NCBI GenBank assembly: GCA_044225505.1
Contig: JBGAIN010000049.1
Coordinates: 1 to 45,388, forward strand
Direction: 5' to 3'
DNA: 45,388 nucleotides
Origin: Limisphaerales bacterium
Lineage (GTDB): Bacteria; Verrucomicrobiota; Verrucomicrobiia; Limisphaerales; SIBE01
Under the pieces are notes generated by a model. The model did no database searches, was not told the DNA's origin, and saw only the letters and a program-made list of their open reading frames with translations. Below, piece by piece: positions 9,704 through 17,514 of the stretch. How positions within the stretch are numbered: position 1 is the first letter of the stretch; each line of letters begins with the position of its first letter. Both the position numbers and the translations under genes were made by a program.

Positions 9704-10371
9704 CCCGCGGTTATGCGGTAGCCAACCCCTCGGACGGTATCGATGAGTTTGCGGCTGGCTTCACCGTCGACCTTTTTCCTAATCCGTTGAACGTAGACAT
9801 CCACGAGGTTGGTCTCCGGATCGAAGTGATAGTTCCACACCTGCTCGCAAATCTGGACTCGTGTCAGCACGCGTCCAGGACTCTTCATCAAATGCTCCAG
9901 CAGTGCGAACTCGCGAACCGTTAAGTCAATCTTTTGCCCAGCGCGAGTGACCTCGCGGGTGAGCAGGTTCAGAGTGAGATCTTCGAAGGAAAGGATGCTC
10001 TGCGACGCCCCGGAAGCGCGCCGAGCCACCGCATGAATCCGGGCAACGAGCTCCTGAATATAGAAAGGCTTGGTCAGGTAATCATCGGCTCCGAGGTTCA
10101 ACCCTTCCAAGCGTTCATTCAATTCACTTCGGGCTGTAAGGAGAATCACGGGCAATGGCATTCTCCGCTCGCGCAGGCCTTTGAGAATGCTCAAGCCATC
10201 ACGACCTGGGAGCATAATGTCCAGCACGAGCACGTCATACGGTTTAGAGGTTGCCAGCGTAAAGCCGGTGGTGCCGTCCGGGCAGACGTCGACTACGAGA
10301 CCCGCGGCTTCCAGCCCTTTGCGAACGAAGGACGCGATCTTCTTTTCATCCTCTATAACCAGGATCTTCAC
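9700..10371 (-). CDS. OmpR-family response regulator (CusR/CzcR-like)
   Basis: MKILVIEDE, LDIMLPGRDG, GADDYLTKPF, C-terminal winged helix ETNLVDVYVQRIRKKVD..TVRGVGY. Confidence 0.95.
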   Translation of the reverse strand: MKILVIEDEKKIASFVRKGLEAAGLVVDVCPDGTTGFTLATSKPYDVLVLDIMLPGRDGLSILKGLRERRMPLPVILLTARSELNERLEGLNLGADDYLTKPFYIQELVARIHAVARRASGASQSILSFEDLTLNLLTREVTRAGQKIDLTVREFALLEHLMKSPGRVLTRVQICEQVWNYHFDPETNLVDVYVQRIRKKVDGEASRKLIDTVRGVGYRITAG

Positions 10372-10775
10372 AGTTTAGGTGACGCTGGGTTAACTGCCGC
10401 GGATGTCTTCGAGAAACAGGACAAGACCCGCTTGGCTCTTCGATAAGATCCCAGGTTGTAGGCACGAGAATAGCCTCTAGCTCTGAGGAGCCTGAGCGCT
10501 ATCGCGCTACGGCCTCCTCCCAAGCAGTAGAGGAGGAGCGCTTGGTCCTTTTCGGGAAATCGGGCCATAACGCCGTTCGGCAGTTCGGACAAAGGCAGGT
10601 TGATCGCGTTCGGCACGTGGCTGGCTCGAAACTCGTCCGGGGTGCGAACGTCTATGATCGCGCCGCCCTCGCCCAGATGACGATGGGCGTCCTGAGTCGA
10701 GAGCAGTGCGGCTCTTCGGATGAGCAGGATTATGACAACGATGGTGACGATGACCAGTATGGGGACCGGGTTCAT
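10368..10775 (-). CDS. Membrane-anchored rhodanese-like domain protein
   Basis: N-terminal TM; IIDVRTPDEFRASHVPNAINLP; active-site loop YCLGGGRS. Confidence 0.9.
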   Translation of the reverse strand: MNPVPILVIVTIVVIILLIRRAALLSTQDAHRHLGEGGAIIDVRTPDEFRASHVPNAINLPLSELPNGVMARFPEKDQALLLYCLGGGRSAIALRLLRARGYSRAYNLGSYRRAKRVLSCFSKTSAAVNPASPKL

Positions 10776-10983
10776 GCGGTCGCTCTTTCCAACGATTCTT
10801 TAGGAGTTTTCACAAAATCGGCAGGCTCGTGCCGCGGCTCTGGCCTGCCGGCGAGGCTCCCCACGATCACAGGACGTCGAGAATGCATCTCGATTGAATC
10901 AGAGCCGTCACACCGCAAGAAGTTACAGGAAAGAAGTGGCGGTGAAGCGTCCGCCACTTCTTTTTGGGCTTATTTGAGTTCTG

Positions 10984-11661
10984 TTAAGGTTGCCCGTTTC
11001 GCCCACGGCCCGCACCGTTGTGGTGGGGGCCTTGCCCCATCTGCTGGCATCCGCTTCCCTGCTGCGGACAATCGGTTGCAACTCGATCGCACGAACCACC
11101 TTGTGGCTGTCGCAGACACTTGGTCGGATTGCACGAGCCTGCAGCCACTTGGCCCCCATTGAGATCGGCAGCTTTCAGCGCTGGAAGATGACGGTCGCGA
11201 GACATGGACTGAAGTTGACTGAAAACCCGAACTAATGACGGATAACCTTGCACTGCTTTGAGTAACTCCTCGTACATCTTCACATTCGCTTCCTCAGCCA
11301 GGATCCCCGCTTTAGCCGCCTCAGCTAAATTTGCTGGAGGTTGGACTTTCCCGAAGAAGGAATCCTCTGGAATGGGAACACCAAAAGCTCGGCATTGCTG
11401 TTCCAGAGCTGCGACGTGGTTTCCTTCTGCTTGGATGATGTGCGCGTAGGGCAGCACCTCCGAGCCGAACTTGGCGAGAATGGCCTCGTATTCCGCCCGG
11501 GCGGCGTACTCGCCGTCCCTCCCAGCCAGGGCCGTGATCAATGCGGCTTTGGCAGGTTCAGTCAGCGTGGGCGTGGTCTGTCGTCGGCCCTGAGCAACGC
11601 TGTTCGCGATGGTTGCACAGACAAGGATTGCTGCTGTGATAAGGACTAAGCTTCGTTTCAT
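10984..11661 (-). CDS. Exported ferritin-like (DUF2202-like) protein
   Basis: Signal peptide MKRSLVLITAAILVCATIANSVAQ; EYAARAEY, EGNH, EEANVKMY, RDRHLPA carboxylate/His pattern; Gly/Cys-rich tail. Confidence 0.75.
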   Translation of the reverse strand: MKRSLVLITAAILVCATIANSVAQGRRQTTPTLTEPAKAALITALAGRDGEYAARAEYEAILAKFGSEVLPYAHIIQAEGNHVAALEQQCRAFGVPIPEDSFFGKVQPPANLAEAAKAGILAEEANVKMYEELLKAVQGYPSLVRVFSQLQSMSRDRHLPALKAADLNGGQVAAGSCNPTKCLRQPQGGSCDRVATDCPQQGSGCQQMGQGPHHNGAGRGRNGQP

Positions 11662-11753
11662 AGATTCTCTGGATTTCTTTGCTGGAGCGGCGGAGTTATT
11701 CGGCCGCTTCATCAAGAGTAGACTTCACGAAGATGAATTCCGGCCCCGTCCTC

Positions 11754-11773
11754 GGATTACATTTTGTTAATCC
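11754..11773 (-). promoter_or_regulatory. Cop/CusR-box-like palindrome
   Basis: GGATTACATTTTGTTAATCC, resembling ATTACA-N4-TGTAAT, ~90 bp upstream of the ferritin-like/rhodanese/RR/HK operon. Confidence 0.45.
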
Positions 11774-12028
11774 AGGCTCCATTTCAGAAAAAAGGCCGTT
11801 CGGTTCGGATGCCCATCCGCGAAAAGACATCTCGCGCTGTTGCTGTTCGAAGAGTTCTTGAAATGGCGGAACGTCTGCCGCGGGTCTGACAACACAGCTT
11901 CGGTCCGCGATCCTAGATCTCACCTAGTCTTGGTCGCCCCTGCATCCGCGAAGGATTTGGACATGTCACAGGCTTCATGTCGCAAATAGCGTATTTCTTG
12001 GTCCGTCCCCTGACCCAGTAGGCTATTT

Positions 12029-12327
12029 ATGCGAGAAACCGTTGGCTTGGTAATTGGGATCATCGCCGCTTGTTGCGGTTGCCAACAACCGCTCTGAGCG
12101 GCGCAGGATCTGACCATTCCTCGGTGACATCGGTTGACCCAATTCGGCGTTTGCGCCTCTCTTTCACGGGGACACCTGGCAACCAATATGACATTCAAGC
12201 GGCCGATCAGATTCCAACGGCTCGGCAGAGTGCTCAGAAAGTTACCGCCGACGGCGCAGGTAAGATCGAGTTTCGGGAAGATTCTCTGCCTGGAGTTAAC
12301 AGTCGGTTCTTCCGGGTCGCAGAGTAA
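12029..12327 (+). pseudogene. Frameshifted mini-gene: signal-peptide-like start plus lone RFYR-type C-terminal module
   Basis: ATG 12029 gives MRETVGLVIGIIAA, which continues in another frame as LLRLPTTALSGA...LSFTGTPGNQYDIQAAD..SRFFRVAE*. Confidence 0.5.
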
Positions 12328-12449
12328 AGAATTCTGACCAAAGAAGCCGGTACCGATGAATACGTAACGCGCTCGGATCCGACGGACGCCATCCCCACCA
12401 GATCTCGCTTCCGAGGCAGGTCGTTGCGTCCGACTCGTCTACGTTATGC

Positions 12450-12785
12450 TCACGCGTCTTGCTTTCGCGGTATTTCTCGCTGAGAAAATAACTCCTGAGG
12501 AGGAATCGCCCAGAGTTGCTCGATCTTGGCCGGGGCCAAATCCGGCGCAATGATGGCAATTTCTTTCGCGGCCAGCCTCCGGAAGCGAGCGACAGAGTCA
12601 TCCGGAGTGTTACGATCAAATTGGTACTGCTGGACAACCGCGACCACTCGGCGCTTGTCACGTTTTGACATACTATCGCCGAGGATTTCATTCAATCGCG
12701 GGCTGGGTTCCCACGCCTCCAGTAACGCTGCAAAATGAGCTGGCGCCTGCGCACTTTCCTGATTCTTTTTACCACCGCTATTCAT
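12450..12785 (-). CDS. Hypothetical protein
   Basis: 111-aa ORF with protein-like helical composition; no family recognised. Confidence 0.45.
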   Translation of the reverse strand: MNSGGKKNQESAQAPAHFAALLEAWEPSPRLNEILGDSMSKRDKRRVVAVVQQYQFDRNTPDDSVARFRRLAAKEIAIIAPDLAPAKIEQLWAIPPQELFSQREIPRKQDA

Positions 12786-13074
12786 TGCGCACGATCTTAT
12801 TACGAAGCTGGCGACGATTCAAGGTGGAGTCGACAGTTTGGTGTTGGCCAGAGTTAGAGCTCGCTTTTTTGGAATTATGGGCGCGCACTCGACTGAAAGG
12901 CAAACGGCAGCGACGTGATTTTCACTCAATGAAGCCTGCTGAGGACAACCGCACTCAGCGACCGCTGGCGGAAGCTCGAGACTCCTGCCGAATCTCATCG
13001 GCGCGCTCGGCCCGGCAAATTCATGACTGGATTTCCTACCACCATCCATTGGCGGCTTGCAGGCCCGGATGTTC

Positions 13075-13233
13075 TTACTCGACCACAACGTTCTTCTCGA
13101 GTGTCTTAAACCGTTCTCCATCACCCTGCACCACCGTGATGGTGACGTGACCTGTCTTGCGCGTCTTCATGTCTCGAACAACGCCGGATTTGGCGCCATG
13201 GGTGCCATTCACCACCTTTGGATTGCGTTTCAT
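13075..13233 (-). CDS. 52-aa KOW-motif-like microprotein
   Basis: Hand translation MKRNPKVVNGTHGAKSGVVRDMKTRKTGHVTITVVQGDGERFKTLEKNVVVE*; VVNGTHGAKSGVV fits the KOW VxxGxxxGxxGxV pattern. Below the ORF-track cutoff. Confidence 0.65.
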   Translation of the reverse strand: MKRNPKVVNGTHGAKSGVVRDMKTRKTGHVTITVVQGDGERFKTLEKNVVVE

Positions 13234-13488
13234 CGTTGGCTGGGCTGGATCGCGGGCAAGAGCAGAAGGACGAGGGTAATGGAGAGATCACGCCCGACAG
13301 GCGCCTCAATTCCCAAGCAATGCCGCGCGCGCTAGGCAAACGTCGTGTCCCCGTCGTCGTCCATTTGTTGCCGGAGAACTGCCGCATGGCTTTCTATTCG
13401 CGTCGGCCGAAGCATAACTGACTCCAGGTGGCCGGATTGAGGCCGCAGGTCGGTTCCTCCGGTTCTCGCGGGTGGCTAAACATGACGA

Positions 13489-14139
13489 CTAAAGCCGGGT
13501 CTCCAGATTGGGCAACGCCTCTGCTTGCACTAGAAACAAGTCGGATTGATCCTCCGCCAGAAGCAACCGGAAAGCAGCCCTGTTCAGCAGCGTTGACCAT
13601 TCTTTCGCCGGAGGAAGAAAATCATGACCGATGGCTCCGCCAATCTTATGGTGAAAGTTGTTTAGATGATCGCTGCCGGCGAGGTGGAGCACGGTCAAAC
13701 ATCCGCCCGGCTTGAGATGCCTGCTGATTTGACGCAAGGCGGTCGGCTGATCGCGGAAATGCGGGAACGAATTGAAGCAAAGCACGAGGTCGAACTGTCC
13801 GAGCGCGAGGGGTTCCGCTTGGCAGATGTCCGCGAGAACGAACTCCGCCTCCACCCGACGCTCGCGCGCCTTCCGCAACATCGCCGGGGAAAAATCGATT
13901 GCGTGCACCTTCCCAGGGCGGACCAAATCCGCCAGCCAAGCGGTGACCAACCCGGTGCCACAGCCGACCTCCAGCACGTCCAGGCCAGTTCGAAGCCCCA
14001 GCTTTAGCTTCAATTCATTCAAGCGTTGGAGCGTGCGAACGGGATCAGGGCCAGTCTGATCCCAAGTCGGCGCATGATGATCAAAGAAGGCGATGCGTGG
14101 ATCCTGGATCAGGCCGCGGGCGAAAGACGGATGCGTCAT
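13489..14139 (-). CDS. Class I SAM-dependent methyltransferase
   Basis: FFDHHAPTWD, motif I VLEVGCGTG, AIDFSPAML, FDLVLCFNSFPHF, LKPGG. Confidence 0.92.
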   Translation of the reverse strand: MTHPSFARGLIQDPRIAFFDHHAPTWDQTGPDPVRTLQRLNELKLKLGLRTGLDVLEVGCGTGLVTAWLADLVRPGKVHAIDFSPAMLRKARERRVEAEFVLADICQAEPLALGQFDLVLCFNSFPHFRDQPTALRQISRHLKPGGCLTVLHLAGSDHLNNFHHKIGGAIGHDFLPPAKEWSTLLNRAAFRLLLAEDQSDLFLVQAEALPNLETRL

Positions 14140-14162
14140 ACGATTTTTTGATTGCGTAACAC
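14135..14162. promoter_or_regulatory. Putative NikR operator 1
   Basis: GTCATAC-N14-GTAACAC (28 bp), overlapping the methyltransferase start codon. Confidence 0.65.
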
Positions 14163-14173
14163 CCGAGTTCGAA

Positions 14174-14201
14174 ATATTACGTGTTTCTATGTACGTAACA
14201 T
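14174..14201. promoter_or_regulatory. Putative NikR operator 2
   Basis: ATATTAC-N14-GTAACAT (28 bp, near-palindromic), overlapping the likely start of the secreted-protein gene. Confidence 0.6.
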
Positions 14202-15379
14202 CGCCTATTCACCCGGGTCAAGGTTCCTTTCGTCAACTCGTTCGCTCCGCTACGTCCTCGGCTTGGCTCGTGGCGGCATTGGCCATGTCACTGACGGTCG
14301 GCCGAGCAGAGTCGCACGCCAATCTCCAGTCCGTTAAGGTCGACGGGACCAGCGATTGGAACGGGACCTTTCCGTTCACGATTCAAGGAGTGCTGCTCTG
14401 CAATCCCGACGAAATGCTGGACTTCACTCCGAACTTTCTGCCCTGGAATGAAGGGGCCAACCAATACCGCATGGGAGGCGAATGGCAGGTCACACTCCAG
14501 GCGGTGGATGCAAACGATCGCGGCGGGACGACGTGTTGGATGGGGCAGAACTATGGAAACCAACCCTGGATCCACGACAGCGCGCTCAGTTACGCAAACG
14601 AAGCGTGGGTGTCCGAAATCCTGCGCCTGAACTTCGACCCATCGAGTCTGCATCCGTTCCGCGCGGGCGACTTAATCGAAGTCACGGTGCGCCAGGCATT
14701 ATTCTATGGTGGAAAACGCAATATCAACGAGGGGCATGACATCGACGCCGACTACAATTTCGACTTCCGGCTCGTCACCGCCAACTATGGGTTGCCGGCG
14801 CCCGAGGTCATCTCCTTAGGCAACGTCATGCAGCCGGGAGGCGACGAGGCCGATTGGAAGACCTGGCCCGCGATTTTTGATGCCAGTCGAGCCACGGGTG
14901 GGGAGCATTATCAGGGGATGCGCGTTCGGATCAATGATCTGACATTGCTCAGCACCAATGGGTGGAACGCGACGAACACCTGGAGTTCGCGCCTCTGCAC
15001 CGTCACGGACGGCAATGGCCGCTATTTCTCCCTGCGTCACCCCCGCTACAGCCTAGGGAGCGCTCCCGCCGGTGTGTTCGATGCGATAGGCATTTTCAAT
15101 CAGGAATCCGGGTCTGGAACCACTGGGACCAACGGTTACGAACTGTTTGTGCAACAAGTCCTGCCGCATGTGCCGGCGCCGGACGTGGCGATTGGGCTCA
15201 ACGTGACGGTAACTTGGCCGGTTTTCAGCGACGACTATCAGCTTGAGTGGCGCAGCAAGGTGGATGTCGGGGAATGGACACCCATGACAAACTCGGTTGT
15301 TGTGATCGACGGCAAGAAGACAGTGATCCTTCCACCGTCCAGTCCGCAACGGTTCTACCAACTACGGAAGACCAACTGA
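14189..15379 (+). CDS. Secreted hypothetical protein (possible OB-fold-like domains) with RFYR-type C-terminal module
   Basis: Signal peptide ..WLVAALAMSLTVGRA|ES; AGDLIEVT, EHYQGMRVRINDL, GVFDAIGIFNQ; tail VTWP..YQLEW..W..PQRFYQLRK. Exact start uncertain. Confidence 0.8.
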   Translation: MYVTSPIHPGQGSFRQLVRSATSSAWLVAALAMSLTVGRAESHANLQSVKVDGTSDWNGTFPFTIQGVLLCNPDEMLDFTPNFLPWNEGANQYRMGGEWQVTLQAVDANDRGGTTCWMGQNYGNQPWIHDSALSYANEAWVSEILRLNFDPSSLHPFRAGDLIEVTVRQALFYGGKRNINEGHDIDADYNFDFRLVTANYGLPAPEVISLGNVMQPGGDEADWKTWPAIFDASRATGGEHYQGMRVRINDLTLLSTNGWNATNTWSSRLCTVTDGNGRYFSLRHPRYSLGSAPAGVFDAIGIFNQESGSGTTGTNGYELFVQQVLPHVPAPDVAIGLNVTVTWPVFSDDYQLEWRSKVDVGEWTPMTNSVVVIDGKKTVILPPSSPQRFYQLRKTN

Positions 15380-15490
15380 CACGTTGGCAGATCCGCGAAA
15401 TCTATCCGGCCGCGAAAGGCTTGGCGCCCGGGGCTTCCTCTGCCCAAACGCAAGCCTCGCTCTGTTTTGGCGCCTTTTAACACCGCAAGA

Positions 15491-16504
15491 ATGAAACCAA
15501 GAAAGAAGTCGCAAAAAGCCCCTCCCATCGAAGTTTGTGGACGGGTGAGTGGCTTCATAGAACACCATTACCGGCACTTCAACGCCGCCGTCCTGGTAGA
15601 CGCGGCCCGTGCCTACCGCGAACAACTCGAATCGGGTAACCAGATGATGGTCACTCTGGCGGGGGCCATGAGTACGGCTGAGCTGGGATTGTCGCTCGCT
15701 GAGATGATTCGCCAGGACAAGGTCCACTTGATCTCCTGCACAGGCGCGAATCTCGAGGAGGACGTGTTCAATTTGGTTGCCCACGACTTTTACGAGCGCG
15801 TGCCGGGGTATCGGGAGCTCTCAGCGGTTGACGAGGAAGCGCTGCTTGAGCGCCATCTCAACCGTGTCACCGACACCTGCATCCCGGAAGGCGAAGCGAT
15901 GCGCCGGATGGAGAAGGCCATGCTGGATGTCTGGACAGCCGCGGATCGGAAGGGGGAACGCTGGTTTCCTCACGAGTTCTTCTATCAGGTCTTGAGAAGC
16001 GGCCGGCTCAAGAAACACTACCAGATTGATCCGAAGAACTCATGGATGCTAGCGGCGGCGGAGAAGAGCTTGCCGCTGATCGTGCCCGGGTGGGAAGACT
16101 CGACGCTGGGTAACATGTATGCCGCCGCGTGTCTGCGCGATGACGTCAAGAACGTTCATACGGTGCGGACGGGCATCGAATATATGCGATGGCTCGCGGT
16201 CCATTACCGGCAAGTTACCTGGCGGCGAGGGCTTGGAATGTTTCAAATCGGGGGTGGGATCGCCGGGGACTTCCCCATTTGTGTGGTGCCACTGCTCCAG
16301 CAGGACATGGGTTTTGAGACGCGCCTCTGGTCGTACTTTTGCCAGATCAGCGACTCCACTACCAGTTACGGCTCTTATTCGGGCGCCGTGCCAAACGAAA
16401 AGATCACTTGGGGCAAACTTGGCAAGGCGACGCCCAAGTTTATCATCGAGTCCGATGCGAGCATCGTCGCACCACTTATTTTCGCCTATGTCCTTGGGTG
16501 GTAA
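15491..16504 (+). CDS. Deoxyhypusine synthase family protein
   Basis: HFNAA, TLAGAMSTAELG, SCTGANLEED, IGGGIAGDF, DSTTSYGSYSGAVPNEKITWGK (catalytic Lys in WGK), SDASIVAPL. Confidence 0.93.
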   Translation: MKPRKKSQKAPPIEVCGRVSGFIEHHYRHFNAAVLVDAARAYREQLESGNQMMVTLAGAMSTAELGLSLAEMIRQDKVHLISCTGANLEEDVFNLVAHDFYERVPGYRELSAVDEEALLERHLNRVTDTCIPEGEAMRRMEKAMLDVWTAADRKGERWFPHEFFYQVLRSGRLKKHYQIDPKNSWMLAAAEKSLPLIVPGWEDSTLGNMYAAACLRDDVKNVHTVRTGIEYMRWLAVHYRQVTWRRGLGMFQIGGGIAGDFPICVVPLLQQDMGFETRLWSYFCQISDSTTSYGSYSGAVPNEKITWGKLGKATPKFIIESDASIVAPLIFAYVLGW

Positions 16505-16595
16505 GTTCCACCGGAAGTTATTCGAGTGATGCGGCTAGCTCCATCAAACCGTTCCAACCTCCGCTCGAGAACCGCAAGGAGAAACGGAAAGATCC

Positions 16596-16623
16596 GTATG
16601 ATGTTTCTTATTTGCCGTAACAC
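16596..16623. promoter_or_regulatory. Putative NikR operator 3
   Basis: GTATGAT-N14-GTAACAC: left half equals the E. coli NikR half-site GTATGA, 28-bp span, 24 bp upstream of the prepilin-ABC operon. Confidence 0.7.
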
Positions 16624-16647
16624 TGCGGAACGGATAGCCTTCGGCCA

Positions 16648-17328
16648 GTGAATGGAAAATCCCAGCCGTGCCTTTCGGGCTTCCCGGGTCTCCGGACGAA
16701 TGGGATAGGCTTCACTCTGATTGAATTGCTCGTGGTAATCGTCGTGATCGGCGTGCTGGCCAGCTTGCTTTTGCCAGCGCTTTCCATGGCAAAAGAGAAA
16801 GCCAAGGTCGCCAAGGTCCACGCGGAGCTCTACGGAGTGGGCCTTGCCTTGGAGATGTACTCAGACGATCACGAAGGTCAATTGCCGCCCGTCCGGGTGG
16901 ACTGCAACACCGATCTCTCCACTCACTGGTGCCAGTTTCCGATCGAGCTAGCCACTGACGGCTATTTGCCTCGTGGAGACAAACCTGGTTTGGCGGCTAA
17001 CATGGAAGACGTTTTTAACCGCGGACACTCCTACAAGTATGCCACCCCGGGTCCCCAATTGCTGAACGGGAGTTCGGGTGGGAACTTCAGGTTGTGGGTG
17101 CCCGATGATTTTCCAATGTGCGCGACAAATTCGGGGAAATACTACTCCACTCGCGAAGGCTCCCCAGCGCGCTGGGTGGTGTGGAGCTTGGGCCCCAAGC
17201 CAGACAGCGCGAAGACCCAGGATGATCATGCGCCGCTTACGGGCGCGAGTTGGTATCGGCGCACTCGAGACAGTGGAGTAATCGCCCGGATGTCGACCAG
17301 AGAAGGAGTGCAGCTCAAGACACCTTGA
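16648..17328 (+). CDS. Prepilin-type N-terminal cleavage/methylation domain protein (type IV pilin/pseudopilin-like)
   Basis: G|FTLIELLVVIVVIGVLASLLLPALSMAKEKAK class III signal; LEMYSDDHEGQLPP; WSLGP. Confidence 0.9.
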   Translation: MNGKSQPCLSGFPGLRTNGIGFTLIELLVVIVVIGVLASLLLPALSMAKEKAKVAKVHAELYGVGLALEMYSDDHEGQLPPVRVDCNTDLSTHWCQFPIELATDGYLPRGDKPGLAANMEDVFNRGHSYKYATPGPQLLNGSSGGNFRLWVPDDFPMCATNSGKYYSTREGSPARWVVWSLGPKPDSAKTQDDHAPLTGASWYRRTRDSGVIARMSTREGVQLKTP

Positions 17329-17337
17329 GAGGATTGA

Positions 17338-17493
17338 ATGAAGCCCCCCACACTCCTCGCTTACCTCAAAGGAATGGCCACCCGCTTGGAAGGGCAGCAA
17401 CGGAAAGGTCAGGAGATTTTCCTGCTGAAAGAGCTGCCACCGGAACATCCGGCACGAAAGTTCGCGAGAGAGATCAACCCGCAGTTCGAGTAA
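17338..17493 (+). CDS. 51-aa microprotein within the operon
   Basis: GAGAGGA RBS then MKPPTLLAYLKGMATRLEGQQRKGQEIFLLKELPPEHPARKFAREINPQFE*; fills the gap between the prepilin and SBP genes. Confidence 0.5.
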   Translation: MKPPTLLAYLKGMATRLEGQQRKGQEIFLLKELPPEHPARKFAREINPQFE

Positions 17494-17514
17494 CTGCTTC
17501 AGACACTCGTTATT

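Noticed and set aside
12940..13074. attC-like tail (CGGTCGCTGAG..) after the KOW microprotein
   Set aside because: No proper RYYYAAC/GTTRRRY pair or extended stem.
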